This document shows, piece after piece, positions 46,300-63,000 of a DNA stretch of 64,000 nt. The position numbers and the translations under genes are program-made. Numbering within the stretch: position 1 is the stretch's first letter; each line of letters starts with the position of its first letter. Source of the DNA: Cyanophora paradoxa CCMP329 (Eukaryota; Plantae; Glaucophyta); NCBI GenBank assembly GCA_004431415.1, contig QPMI01000398.1:1-64000 (forward strand), read 5' to 3'. Below the pieces are notes generated by a model that was not told the origin of the DNA, made no database searches, and was given only the letters and a program-made list of their open reading frames with translations.

Positions 46300-47722
46300 G
46301 CGGCCAGGGAGGGGGCAAATTCGACGGCGCCGCGGGGCGGCGGGCGGGGGCGCGGGGGGCCGGCGGCGGGCCGCAGGTGGGGCGCGTGGTGCTCGGCGGC
46401 CCACGTTGCAAGCCCGTCGACAATCTGCGAACGAAGTCAAGCCGGGAGGGCGCCCGGACGTTCGACGGCAACGAGCCTCAGGGTCAGGCGGCGGGTGCAG
46501 CGGCCGGCCGTACGGCTCCGGGGCTCGCTCGGGGCCCGTCCGGAGCCTCCTTAGGACCCGCGCGTCCGAGGCCCGACCTGCCGCCCGCGCTCGCCACGCG
46601 CGCGGGCGCGCCGCGGTGAGGGGGGTACATGACACGAGCACGCGCCCACGTTGCCTGTGACCTGAGGGCACGGGTCAGGTGAGATCCGCCAGGCGCGGCG
46701 CCCCCGCCCCCCGCACCTGGCCCTGCCACTCCTTCAGAGCCACGCTGAAGACCTGGAGCACGTCGCCGGGCCACAGGCGCTGCGCCCAGGCCGCTCCCGC
46801 CCGCCAGAACGTCAGCTGCGGCGGGCGCGGCGTCGGCTTGCAATTGGCGCGGGGGGAACGGTCTCCCGGGGGGAACGGACGTGGAGGCGTTCGCCCGACC
46901 GGTCCGCCACGATGACGTTCGACGTGGAGATGTGCTCCGAGCCGCAGAGGACCGCTTGCTCGGGGAAGATCTGAGAGGAGCGTTCGCCCGGCGGGCGGGC
47001 GGGGGCGGGCGTGGGGCGTGCCTGCATGACCACCCCGAGGACCTCGGCTTGCTCCCCCGCCCGCAGGTCCGCGAGCGTACGAGGCCGCTTCGCCGGCGGC
47101 GGCGGCGCCCCCGCGGGCCCCGCGGGCCGTTTCGCCCCGGCGGCGGCGGCGCCGGGTGTGGAAGCGGGGCCCGCCGGCGGGCCCGAGCGGCTCCTCTCCG
47201 GCGTTGCGACGGTGCACGGCACGGTGGCGCGGGCCGCCGAGAGGCTGCAGCTGGACGCGCGGGCGGGCGGAGGCGCGGAGAGAGGCTCCGGCTCCGGCGG
47301 CGGCCGGGCGGCGGCTCCGCCGGTGGCTCTGGTGCTGCTGCAGCAGCAGCGGCCGCTGCGGCGAGGTCGTACTCCTCCAAAAGGCGGAGCGAGAGCTCCT
47401 GCAAGGCCTCGTACTCCTCCGCGTCGCTGTCGCGCGGCGGCGCCGCCTCCTGCTCCGCCGCACGGGCGGCGGCGGGCGACCGCGCCGGCGACGGCAGCCG
47501 CCGCGCCGGCGAACTCTCTCGCGCAGGCGACGCCGGCAGCGAGCCGCCCGCTGCATCCGCTGGGCCGATGCAGGGCCGCGCGTGGGTTCCAGGATCGAGC
47601 GCTTTCGCGTCTCCCGTCTCGACGCCAGGATCGCCGGGGTGCTCGTCGTCGGGGAGCGACGGGTCCAGCTCCAGTTCGAGCTCGCCCGCGCCGCCCTGGT
47701 CGCCATCGTCGGCTGGCGCCAT
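46300..47722 (-). CDS. OB-fold (ssDNA-binding type) protein with an acidic/Pro-rich N-terminus, multi-exon (3' end uncertain)
   Basis: TLADLRAGEQAEVLGVVMQ|IFPEQ...NVIVADRSGERLH|LTFWRAGAAWAQRLWPGDVLQVFSVALKEWQGQ fits an RPA1/SOSS-B/SHLD2-type OB fold. Confidence 0.65.
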
Positions 47723-47899
47723 CCGATGATCCTCTCCTCTGCCCCGAGCTCGAGCTCAAACCGAGACGCGTTGTAGATCGCTCGCTGGCCGCCCTGAGCC
47801 GCGCCAAGCCATCTTTCCGATCAATAGTAGCCTGCGCTCGCCAGCGAACCTGGCGAGCCGTGAACGTGAACCTGGGGGGGAAGAGGAACAGGGGGCACA

Positions 47900-49330
47900 C
47901 CAATTCCGCTTGCATCGTCTCCGCTGCGGTCGATCCAGCACGGCGCGGGCGTCTCCTTGGTTCTACGCGCTTCAGCGGTGTCCCTTGCGAATTTGCGCGC
48001 CAACAGTTTCGCGCCGCAGGCGCCGGCTGGCCCAGCGCGCGCGGCAGCCTTCCAATGGGCGCTGGTTTCGGCCACAGCGCCGTGGCAGCGCTCCCGGACC
48101 AGGGCTTCGGCCAACACGCGTTTCTCGGGTTCGGCCTTGTGAAGAACCGCGTGAGCGTCGACGACCTCGTGGACCTCACACGAACGCTCGATGGTATGCT
48201 TTGCGCGCGAACAAGGCTGCGCGTACGCGCGCTCGTGCTGACCGCCGGTGCAGCTGGAGACGTCGTGCTGCAGAGCTGGTACGACAGCACCGATGCCATG
48301 GCTGCGCAGCGTTCCCGCTGGACGTGCGCGCCGGGCCCGGTTCCTCTTCCTCGTTGCTTTCTCAGCGCTAGCCGGGGGCTGTGCTCGAGCTGACCCCGCG
48401 TCCTGCAGGCACGTCGCCCTCGTGTACAAGCGCGATGGCGTGCACTGCCGATCCATCGACAAGTGGAACGAGGAGAACGCAAAGGGGACCGAGGCGCGCG
48501 TGCCGCACTCCGTTCCGATCCGTCCGCTTTTACACGTTGACCGATCGAGTCCGGGGATATCTATGCGGCAGGTGGACGAGGTGTGTATGATGGAGGCATG
48601 GCTACGCGACCCCGGGGACGTCCCCCCTCCCTGCGACAGTCCGCCGCGCCGCGCCCCAGCCGCAGCCGCGCCCCGTACGTACCCCCCAGCTCACTCGAGC
48701 TCCGCGCGGCTCGGAGCGCAGACATGAACCTCACTCCACGTGCGCGTGCGCGTGCGCGTGCCGCGAGCCGCCGGGCGGTGCCGGCCGCGGCGCCGTCTTT
48801 CTGACGGCTCCGAAACGCAGTACCCCTCCGGACGCGCCAGTACCTCGTTCCCGATGGCAAGGGGCCCCTCGCGATGGGTGTTCGCCGCCTGTTGGCGCGC
48901 GTGTACCCTTTACCCAGCCCCCTTCCCCCCTCCCCCCCCGGCCCCCCCTCCCCCCACCCCTTCCTCCCCCTTCTCCACTTCCTGAGCAATCGATCTGACT
49001 GAGGTCTGACTCAGAACGTGGAAAGGACCCCGGAATTCCGCCGGAAATTGGAGGCGTTCTGGCACGAGGTCGGGCTGCCCGAACGCTCCGCACATCGTAC
49101 CCCCGTCTCCCCCACATTTTCGCAGGTAAAAGACCGGAGGTACGAGACGGACTGGTGGGAGAAGGCGAAGAGCGCCCTGGACATGGCGGACGCCCCGGGG
49201 TACGCGTACGCGGTTCAAAGGGGGTTACGATGTATATCTGAGCTCGGGGTACGTCCGGCAGGTCGGCGCCGGACCCCGGGCGGAGGCACGTGCTCCGGTG
49301 GTCCCAGAACATGGCCAGCGAGCGGGAGCT
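47900..49330 (+). CDS. Multi-exon host gene of unknown function (limits approximate)
   Basis: Coding-like exons between GT..CAG introns, e.g. HVALVYKRDGVHCRSIDKWNEENAKG and VKDRRYETDWWEKAKSALDM. Confidence 0.4.
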
Positions 49331-50004
49331 CTTCTGCTCGGAGCTGGTCGCCCTGGCCTGCAGGCCCGCGCCTTACTAAGTTACCCTCTGTTACCGTACC
49401 CCTGCCGATCTGATCCAGCCTATTTTGTTCCATGCAGAGGCTGGGGGTTCTCGCGAACGGGCCCGGGTACCCCCCTCCAACGAGTACTGTCCGCCCTTGC
49501 CGCTTAAGCTTGGGACTGCCGAACTGATCTCTCACTTTGCGATTCATGATCAGGCCCCGGCGACTTCGGCGAGGACCGGGCCGCGGCGCTGCCCCTCGTG
49601 GGCGGCGCGGCGCTCGGCGATCTGATTTGGGCGGCCGTGAGGTGATGCGATACCGTAGTACGGGCCTCACTAGCGCCAGCTTAGATGTAGAAGCCATCTT
49701 ATTAGCTAACGCGCGTAGATTGTAAATATAATCATGCAGTGAGCTGTGGCTAGCTATAGCTATAGGCTAGGGGACGGGAAGCGTAAGGACGAAAGAGGCG
49801 CGAACAGGGGACTGGCGCCATCTTATAAGCTTGAACAGTAACGTTAACGCGCGTAGATTGTAAATATAAAAATAATCAGTGAGCTGTGGGTAGGCTGGCT
49901 AGATTGTAAATACAAATATAAACAGTGATCATGAGCTGTGGCTAGCTATAGCTATAGCTAAAGGACGGAAAGACGGAAAGGACGAAGGACGGAAAGGACG
50001 AAGG

Positions 50005-50794
50005 CTAGGGGACGGGAAGCGGAAGGACGAAAGAGGCGCGGGCGTGGAAGTCGGGGGCCCGCCCGCAGTGCCGCAGAGCGAAGTACTCCGCGCGCCCCTC
50101 CGGCGCCTCCGCCACGACCGCCGTGAGCGAAGCCTGCGAATGAGATTAGATTTGATCAGATCTAGAGGCGGGCGGGGCGCGGCGGGGCGGGGCGGGAGGG
50201 ACCTGGAGGGGTCCCTGTGCGAAAGGAGCGTCGAAGGAGCATCGGACGGCAAGCTCCCGGTCGCCGATGCGCAGCCGGTCGAACCGGATGTCCCGCACCC
50301 GCCCTCCTCCTGCGCGGCCGGCCGCGGGCGGCGCGCGCGCTCTACGATCAGCGCCGAGGCGACTGCGCCAGCGTACGGAAAGAAGGGCAGCGGAGGCGCG
50401 CCTTCATGGGCTGACTTCTGTAGTGCTCGAATCGGAAAACGTTCCACGCGCCGCTGGGCGAGACGTTCAGCTCCCAGTACGCGTCGGAGCCTGCGGGCCG
50501 AAGAACGCTTCCAGGCACGTCGTAGTCCATAGCCCGACGGTGCGCGGTCTCCTGGGCAGCTCCTCCGGAACGACCAGCCGCTGCAGGTCACCGCTGATCA
50601 CTGCGAAAAACGTCGCCGCATCAGCGCGTCGCGCGTACGTCGTAGCGTGCGGAGGGCCGCGGTCGCTACGAACCCCATTCGAAATGAAGTTCAGTGCCGA
50701 GACGCTGGACCCGCGCGGACACGTTGAACGGCGACCGGCCGAACGGGGCGAGGTTCACGAGGGGCGGCAGCTCGGACGAGGTCGGCGCCTCCAT
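50005..50794 (-). CDS. DOMON-like protein, copy 2 (homopolymer frameshifts)
   Basis: Duplicate of 30648..31433. Confidence 0.75.
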
Positions 50795-50988
50795 CCGATG
50801 CACGGCAGAGGCCGGTCCAGGGTTTGTGGGAGTAAAAGTTGCAGCTAACTGAGCTAAGCAGCACTGGGGTACAGGCAAACTTGGAGGGAGTGGCGCGGAG
50901 GTGGACGCACGTTGGGTCAGCAAGAGACGTAGCTAGCTAGAGAGCGTGTCGGCGTCGCTTGCCGGCACGCGGGGAGCCCAGGCGCAGC

Positions 50989-53783
<2,795 letters not shown>

Positions 53784-53963
53784 CCCGGCGAGATCTAGCT
53801 ATAGCTAGATCTAGATCTCTAGAGGACCGTCGACGTCGCTGCTGTACTGCACTGCGGCAGCTGTGAGCCTGCATGCGCACTGAGAATCGTGTATCCCGAC
53901 TCGGAGACTCAAACGTGCTTGGCCAGCGCCCGCGCCACGCAAGCACCACATCCCCAAAACGGA

Positions 53964-55129
53964 ATGATTCCAGCAGCAGCGTTCGTCCCGCCGCCGCTGC
54001 CCGCCCAGCTCGGCGCGCGGTGGAAGTCGACGACGCGGGCGCTCGGCAACCGTAGCGAAAGCGCCAACCAGCTCAAGATCGGCGTTAATGGGCCTCAGAA
54101 AAGGCCGGAACAGCAGCGGCGCTGGCGGGCGCTTCCTGCGGCGGGCGTTCAGGTCGTGGCCTCCGCCGCGGGCGGCCATTCCCCGCGATCGGAGGCGGCA
54201 GCTACGCCGGATTTCGCTCCCGTCGGGCGCCGCGCGGCGCTCCTGTCCGCCGCCGCCGCCGCCGCCCTGCAGCTCGCCGCGCCGTTCGCCCTGCGCGCGC
54301 GGCGGCCGCCCCACTCGAGGAGGACTACACGGCGACGCCCTCGGGACTGCGGTTCGTGAGCTTCGCGGAGGGCAACGGCGAGGCGCCGGCGGAGGGCCAG
54401 GTCGTGGAGATCAAGTACGCCGCCTACTTCCTCAACTACGAGGTGCGCGGGCGGCTTTCGGGACCGAGAAAGCTAAGCCGTGGCGATCGGATGTAGCTAG
54501 TGCACTGCGCTGGCGCCTAGCTAGACGTAGCGCGCGCGGTTCGAGCTGAAACGCGCCCCGACCGTGCAGGGCAAGTTCATCGACAAGGTCGCGGGGTACG
54601 CCGGTCCCGCCCGCTTTCCTGTACCCCTTCCTGACGCGGTCCGCACCCCCAGCGACCAGGAGCCCTTCTCGTTCCGGGTAGGCTCGGGTGACGTCATCCC
54701 GGGCTGGACGAGGCCGTCCGGGGTATGCGACCCGGAGGTGCGGCGCACCCCATCCCTTTCCGAACCTCTCCCCTCCGGTTTTTGAGGCTGGTGTACCCCG
54801 GCAGCTATCCGGCGGCTGGTGATCCCCGCGGAGCTGGGGTACAAGTCGCCGGAGGACGGGCCCAAGCCGCGCAGTGTGCGTGCCCGTACCCCCTTTCGCC
54901 CACTCCACCCTTTCGCCTTGGCAGCCTAGAACTAGAGCCCGGGCCCCATGGCCGCGCCGCCCCTCTCCATCTCCCCGCCCCATCTCGTAGCCGCCGCTCC
55001 CCTCCACCTTCCAACGCCATACCCCTCTGCAGTTCGGGGCCGGCGGCTGGTGGACTACGTGCTGCGGAACCCGCGCGTGGACGCCTCCGTCCTCATGGAC
55101 GTCGAGCTCGTCCGCGTCCGCAGGGCTGA
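53964..55129 (+). CDS. FKBP-type PPIase, copy 2 (frameshifts)
   Basis: Duplicate of 34618..35792. Confidence 0.85.
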
Positions 55130-56079
55130 TCATGATGCGCCCGCCGGCGCCTGTATACGAGTTTTCCTTGACATAATTCACTCGCCTGTATACGAGTTTT
55201 CCTTGACATAATTCACTCGCCTGTATACGAGTTTTCCTTGACATAATTCATTTTCCTTGACGACATAATTATAAGCCACTCGTTCTTAGATCTAGAACCC
55301 GCGCGTGGACGCCTCCGTCCTCATGGACGTCGAGCTCGTCCGCGTCCGCAGGGGCTGACGCGCCCGCCGGCCGCGCCCGGGCCCGGAGGGCTGGCTGGGC
55401 GACGGGGCTGAGGCGCCCGCCGCGTTTGACGGGCCGGGCCCCAGGCCCCAAGTCTAGTAGCCGGATCAATATTTTAATGGGATCCCGTCCGGGCGCATCT
55501 CGGAACGTCGAGCTCCTCAGCGTCCCACAGCCGCGATCCGCCGATCATGATCATCCGCGCCCCGAGCCCCGCCGGAGCATTGAAATACGCGCCCCAAGTC
55601 CAAAGCCTCGGCCCCGCGATCACTGTTGTGCGCAACAAAAACAACTGGGGCTGAATTGAAAAGTACTCTGAATACAAAGTATAAACAAACAATTGCAAGT
55701 ACATATCAAGAAATGCAAATACAATTTACTGGGCGCTGCGGATTAGAAAGATCAGACGTATTACTGGACGCTGCAGATTAGAAAGAGTAGACGCGTCACT
55801 GGACGCTGCAGGACTTCTCCTCATCGGCGGTTGGCGGCGGGAGAGGCGCCGGCAGCGACGCGAACGGCTGTCTCATCGAGCGGCAGCGGTAGCGGCTGTC
55901 TCAATCCGTTCGCGGCAGCTCGATGAGACAGCCGTTCGCGTCGTTGCTGGCGCCAACGTTAACGGCAGTCTGGATTGGAGCGGCAGCAGCCCCCGCTTTG
56001 ACGGGGCTCCGGTCTGGAGCGGGAGCCCCCGCGGCCGCCTCGAGAGAAAGAGAGGAAGATAGGAGAAAGACCAGAGGCG

Positions 56080-57099
56080 TCACTGGACGCTGCAGGACTT
56101 CTCTTCCCCGCGGCCGGCGTCGGCGGCGGGAGGGGCGCTGGCAGCGACGCGAAGGGCTGCCGAGGCGCCATCAGCTCGAGATGCAGGGCAAGGGGAGGGC
56201 AGCGCCCTCTGACCTTCGTGTTGGCGACGGCGGCGTCGATGTGGCTGCAGAGGCGCGCGATGCACTCCTCCTGCATGCTGTTGTGGAAGAAGAGGGCGTT
56301 GTGGCGCGGGAAGTTCGCCATGTCGGGCGGCAGGCCGGCCGTCGACGGGAAGCGCTCCTGCGGGTCGTCCACCACCGGGATGATCGCCTGCGTGGATTGC
56401 GGCCGGCATAAATACACGATATGGATCTCTCAGGTCTGCGCGCGCGGTTCACGGGCGCCGCGAGTTCAACTCTGATAGTTTTAGCCATGCAGCGCTGGCT
56501 CCGCAGACCTTGCCGAGGTGGCACGCCTCCGCGATCTCGCGGCGCACCCTGCGCGCGGCCAGCGGTCAGAGGAGTGGAAAGAGCGACTCGGCCCCCAGCC
56601 ACAGCCCGTGCACGCACCAGTCCTCGAGCTCCTTGCAGCGCTCGAGGGTGCCATCAACGAGGATGAAGACTGCGGGGCGGGCTAAGGGAGAGCTATCCAC
56701 GATCAACGCAGAGCCGGACCGTCGCAGCAGGAGGCGCGGAGGGATTCGAGGATCTTCGAGTCGAAGACGCCGCCCTGCAGCGACCGCACGTCTAAGAAGA
56801 CCTTGTAGCTGTCGGAGAAAGTCCAGGCGTGAGCCTCGGAGAGAAGTGGGGCGAGTTCGAAGGCGGACCCGTGGCTCTCGAGGGCCTTGCAGAAGAGAGA
56901 GGCGAGGTAGTTCTTGCCCCCCATCCGCCGGTACGTGATGCTGCGCCCTGTTAGCGAGCTCATCTAACAGCTTACGTCAGGTGGATGCACACAAGACGTG
57001 GTACTCGTAGCCGGGAGGGAGGGGCGGGACGCGCGAAGCGGGGCCGTAGCCGGGCGCTGCACCGTAACCCGGCGTGGGGCTGTAGCCAGGAGCTTGGCC
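56080..57099 (-). pseudogene. TIR-CaaX-only remnant of the LRR-SAM-TIR gene
   Basis: All TIR exons are present; SAM and LRR are replaced by the LINE from 57100. Confidence 0.8.
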
Positions 57100-60000
57100 T
57101 TATTCAATGAATTCGCACACACCGAGACAATACGGCTAATGATAGAACTGAGGTGTCCGTAAAGTGTCAAGTCGAAAGATGAGCCTACTGGTTACGCCGG
57201 GTAGGGAACCTAACAGCCATCGGACAGGGTGGAGCTAGTCAAGGAGACGTAAACTAAAGCAAAGCTAACCCAGAGCAGAGAGCTACTACCTATACATCTA
57301 GCCTAGCTTAGGACTAGGCTACAGAGAGGACTACCCAGGGGTCTACGAGTGCTGCCTGCTAGTGCTGCCTGCCTAGGGACCGTCGGGACGTCCGGAGCTC
57401 GCGGGCTGTTCTACTGTACGGTAGGAAAGCCAGGACGGACCCGCGGTCTAATCTGCCTACTCTCGACGCGGCCGCGACTACAGTTAGCGCGGCGGGCTCC
57501 GCGTCGAGGGGCCGCTCGCCCGAAGCGCGGGTGGAAGCACGTCGGCGTAGAGGGGCCGAGGGAATGAGGCGAGGGGGACGTTGCGGGGAAGAAGTGGGGC
57601 GGGACGGAGAAGGTCGGCGCCGGCCGTGGCGGGGAGGGGAGGGTCGGATTTCTCGGTCAGCAGGGCTTCCAGCCTCGAACCAGCCGCCGCACCCCCGCCG
57701 CGGGCAATTGCGAGCCCCCTCCGCGGCGGTCCTTCAACCCACGGTCCTGGCACGATGGCCGGGGTATCTGGTGGGTGCAACGACCAGCCGAAGCCTTCCG
57801 CCAAGCCTTCCGGTCCATCGTTCCCTCCCTGTCGAGGCGCGAGGAGCGTTGGCGAGGTCGTGAGTGGGAGGCAGGGCCAAGAGAGCGAGCAGGAGGGCAG
57901 AACGGAGAGGGAGGCAAGGCAGGCGCTCGCTTGGGCGGGGCCCAGCGAGTCGGACGGGGCGGCTATATCTAGTGTGTGCGAGGCTAAGAGTAGAGCAGGG
58001 AAGTTTCTCGAGGACTAGGTATGGTGAAGTAGTAGGTAGGTGGTGTCGAGAGTCTCCTCCCGACGTAGCCCCCCCCCCCCCCCCCCCCCTTTCGCGCGAC
58101 TCGGGGTACCGTTTAGAGCGGGCTAGGATGTGGCTCCCAAGGGCGTACCTTGACGCAATCGTAGAGCTCTTGGGCGCGGAGCGCCGCCTTCCAGCCCGCG
58201 TACTCCGGTGGGCAGTCTGCGTTCCGAGCGGCGTTGAGTAGATTGTGAAGGCGAATCGGCCCGTCGCAGGCGGCGCAGACTTCCTTACAGGTCCGGGGGC
58301 CGCGGGCCCGCTCTCGGGCGCGGGCGCCCGTGCGGGGCGGGCGCGGTCGCTTCTTTGAGGCCTGGGAGACGCGGCAGTCGCGTTCCCACTCCGCGTTGAT
58401 TTCGCAGCGACGTGACCAGAGGCGTCGGGCCCGCTCCAGAAGCGTCTGCCGAACGCGTTTAGCTGCGCGTGCCGCGTACCGGGGTGCAAGGTTCAGGCAG
58501 CGTGCGAGGGCGCTTTCTAGACTCTGCGGAGCAAGGCCCTGGAGCACCCAGAGGCGCGGGTACGCGTACGGCCTACCATCGTAGCTGCGCGCCTCGGCGT
58601 CGTCGTCCGCGACGCGGAGGAAGATTGGGACCAGGTCGGGGGCAAGGAGGGCTCCTGCTGGCGGCGCTGTGAGTCCGTGGGCCTCTCTGTATGCGCAGAG
58701 CAGAAGTCGGTTCAGTTCGCGAGCAGTCTCCGCGCGGTGCGCGACCGCATGCGGACCCGGGCACAGGAAGACGTGCGGGAAAGTTTCAGTCGGGCCTGCG
58801 GTAAGAGCCGTCGGTGCCCGGTTCGGGCGGCTGGGGCCCGCTGCTGGTTGGGCATGCGAGGCCTCTGGTGCAGTCTGGCTGTTCTGTGAGGCTGTCGGGC
58901 CGCTAGTCTCTGCACGAGGGAAAGGCGTTCTGGTGGCGCAGCCCGCACAGCGTCCCCCAGGGTTGCAGGCGGCGTAGAGTTCCTTCTGGTCACGTACCCG
59001 GACTTCGTTCGCTGGTAGCGAGCTACAGAGCAGCTGCGTCCGAAACTTGAATAGCGCGTTGCGGGCTCCATTGGCGCCTTGGAATCGGGAGCCTACGCTC
59101 GTTTCCGCATATAGCCCTGCTATGTCTGCGCCGTCGGCGCCTCGGCGCAGGAGCGCGCCAGCCAGCGGTTGTTGGGTCCAGGCAAAGTGCGTCTGGTGCT
59201 CGTGAAGTGCGTCCATGTGTGCCTTGGGGTCCCCTTCCACCCGTCGTGTGCGCCCGTCGGGTCGCTGATGGTGAGCACCGCAGGCATGCTGAAGGCCGGC
59301 GGCAGAAAGAGAGGTTCATGCCGGTTTTCGTCCGCCAGATCCAGGTCGGCCGCCACGTTCGCTCCGGCGTCCGCGATGTCGTTGTGGGGGTCGCGGGCGT
59401 CGCCCTTCGCGTGCGCTTTGACTTTGACGAGTTTGAGCGGCCGCCCGCGCTCCTCTAGCATTGTCCTGAGCTTGCTCCATGCGTACAGTTCCGCGGAGCA
59501 GGCGTGCCGGATGTATTCCCGCGGGCTGCGGCAGCTCGCGTGCTGGACGAAATCGGAATACCAGCGGATCGCGTTCATGTTGTCGACGTGTAGAACCGCT
59601 CCGAAAGGCGAGAGCAGGTCAGCCATGAGCACCGCCTGGAGTTCCGCCTTGTTGATCTCCTGCAGGCCCCGGAGCCGGGCAAAGAAGTCCGTGAGGATAC
59701 CCGGCGGGTGCAGGCTTGCGCCAGTTCTGAGGTCCGTTTCCGGCCAGTGTACTGCGTAGCCCGCGCGAGCGTTAACCGTCTGGCCCTCTTTCAGGCTCCC
59801 GTCCGTCCAGGCGTACGCTGGGGCGTCGGCCACGTATGAGCCGCCGGACGCCGCCTCGGCCTCCAGGTGCTCTTTGCGGTAGCGGGCTTCGAGGCCCTTC
59901 CAGGTCTCCAGGTATGCAACCCAACTGTACGGATCGGCCTGATAGTAATATAGCTCGCGCGCCTCCTTGTTGGAGCTGACCGGGGCGCTTCATCTTGCGG

Positions 60001-63000
60001 CAGGGGGGCAAGTCGGCGGGTTCGCCTCGAGCGTGGCGAGGTGAGCGGCGTCGGGCTCGGAGAGGAGGTGCCAGTTGACCCTCTCATCGCCCTCCTGCTT
60101 TGCCTGCAGCAGCATCCGCCATCGGTGCGCAGTGATGGTCGCGGCCGCCTGCCTGAAGGGCTTGAAGTATTCAAGACGGGCTTGGCGCAGGACCTGGCGA
60201 CTGGCGCGCCCGAGCGCGTCTGTACCTGCCCCTCGCATTCGTCCACGGGGGCGCCCGACACTTCTACTAGCTCCACCGTGCCGGGGATCGTGCAGAGTGC
60301 GGACGCGTGCTCTACCCATCCTCCCACCGCCGTCCCGTACTTGCCCTCGTCATCGCAGGTGCTAGTCGCCCGGCAGGCCGCGCCGGCGCCTTGAGGGCAG
60401 ACGTGGTTGTCGTGCCAGTGGCGGCGGCCCTCTCCGGTACGATATTAAAGCGGCGCGCAGCTGGGGCGGGCGGCCCTTCGCGGGGTCCGAGCTGACAGTG
60501 GCCATCGCAGCGGCAGTAGGCTCCGTTGGCCTCGTCGTCGGCCTCTTCTGGGACGGGGACCCAGTGCTCCAGCCGGCACTCCGTCGCTACTAGGCTGCCG
60601 GCCTCGCCTCAGCGGAGCGGACCCGGCCGATTTCCGGTACCGCATCCGTCTCGTGAATCGTTGCGAGGTCGTAGTAGCAGACGAAGTCTCCCGGTTGGTG
60701 AATTAACTTCCTTGCCCCGCCCGGAAGCTGTACCATGGCCGAGGAAGGGTACCGGGCGGTTGCCGCATGGGGTATCGGAGGGCGCCCGAACCGCGCCCGT
60801 CGATCGTGAGGGCCTTGGCCACCGCCTTCCACCAGGCGGGCGCTGCCCAAGGGAGCGTGCCGCGGGGGGCGCGGAGGTGCAGGTCTCGCCAGGTGCAGAG
60901 GCGTTCCCCATCGCGCGCCGTGACGTCGGACATCCAGTAGAGCCGTGCGCGGTGGAGGGCGGGCGCAGCCGTGCTGAACACTTCCCGGGGAATGTGTGAG
61001 GTAAGCACGAATTCCCGGCGCAGTTCCGCGGGGTCGGGCCAAGTGGCTGCGGGGGGTACGGCGTGAACAAGAAGCGGGCGTGGTTGGACTGGATCCGGTA
61101 GAGCCGGCGCTGCAGGAGCGGCATCACTGCGGCGATCGCATTCGATCGAGCAAGCTGGCGTGACACTGGGCGTTCAGGAACTCGGTCGGCAGCAGCGGGA
61201 CGCCTAGCTTGCGCTGGAGGTCCCGGATGCGGTGCATCATCACCTGAGATAGCAGCTCTTCCGGCTCGCCACAGAGGCGGACGAGCAGATCCGTGATTTG
61301 GTTCTTGGCCATCATGTGCGCTGTGCGCGGCAGGCTGTACGTGCCGTGGCTCCAGAGCGCGTAGTTGGAAGTCGATGCCGCCAGGCCCCCATGGTGCTTA
61401 ACCACGCGCATCCAGATGGCATCTAGGCGATCGCACTGCCTCTCTGTGAGCGGCGTCACTTTGAGCCCGTAGGCGATCCGCGCCTGCACGACGGCCTCGA
61501 CAACGTAGCAGGCCTCTTGCGCGGTCAGCTGCTTACGAGCTATGACCGCCACCGTCTCGCGAGCCTGCGTTTCCATCTGTCTGATCTGCTCCTTCCACGA
61601 CAGGTTCGCGGTCAGGTAGACGCCGAGCAGCTTGAAATGCTCGCCCGGTTTCAGCTTCTTGCCGACCGGGACGCGGGGATTGCCGAGCAGCGGGGGTTCA
61701 GGCTCGGGTGAGACGTTGTTGTACGCAAACTCTGTTTTCCGCGCGTTGACGGCGATGTCGTGCAGGCGGAAGAATTCAGACGCCACGTCCGCGAGCATCT
61801 GGATCCCTTCGGCCGATCCGCTCATCCACTGCGTGTCGTCCGCGTAGGCGCTCCCGGTCACCCGTGCGGGGGCGAAGTCCGCGTCGTCTTCGCCCATGCC
61901 CATGACGTACGCGACCCCCGCGCCCCCCTTTTCCTGCTCGAGCCTGTCCAATTCTTGTTGAGCGCAGAGCAAGGCATCGTAGAAGATGAGCCAGTGGAGC
62001 GGGGATTCGATGCCGCCCTGCGGGAGCCCACATTCGAGTTCAAACACGTCTGACAGTCCGTGGCCCGTGATAGCTCGCGCCCGGCGTCGTTCGAATATGT
62101 TGCGGTGCAGGTCGATGTACGTCTCGGGGGCCCCGATGCGTCGGAGGGAGAGCTCCATGCTGGCCCAGGAAACTGAATCGTACGCCCGTCTGATATCCTG
62201 TAGCAAGAGGTAGATGGGCTTGCGGTGCTCCTTAGCGTCCTCTAGAATAGCGACCATTAGGTGAAGGGCATCATCGGTCGCCTTAGCCTTCCTGAAGCCA
62301 TAATTTACCCCCTTAAGGATTCCGTGCTTCTCGATGGCCTCGGCTAGCCGTTTCGTGACGAGGCCCGTCGTTAGCTTGAGGCCAACTTCCTGCAGCGTGA
62401 TCGGGCGGAGGTTCCCTTCAATGTCTCCGTCCCAGCTCCCGTTCTTGGGGATCCCGAAGATATTGCTCTCACACATCTCGGCGGGCAGGTCGCGCAGGCG
62501 GAGGGCCTCGCAGACGATGGCCATCAGGAGCCGACGACCGCGGGGGGGGTACGCCTCTGGATCCATGGCGTCCGGCAGGTCGGGGTTCCAGAGCGTCTTC
62601 AGGATCGCGTTCGTGCAGTTGGAGGGCCCTCCCGCTCCATCCGTGAGCGAGCGCACGTGTGCCCCTAGCTCTTCGTACGTAGGCTCAGCCATGACTCCCG
62701 CGAAGGCTTCCGCGGTCGCCACGTGCGTCCCGAGGGGCGGTAGAGCGCGCGCCAGAAGTCGGGGGCAGGAAGGCTAGCTGGGAGTCGGGTATTAAGTCCG
62801 CTGTGCACCCTACCAGGGGGTTTCTCTTCGCACACCACTGACGCCAGTGCTCCGCCATCACTGCCTTCACCTCCTCGGGGGCCGTGTAAATTTCATAGAA
62901 GTTGCCTTCGCGCGCGAGGCGGGTGACGTGCATGATCGGCTCCCCCTGGACCGCTCCAGAATGGAGTCTAGATAGCTGCGCAGCTTGCGCGGGTCTGCAA

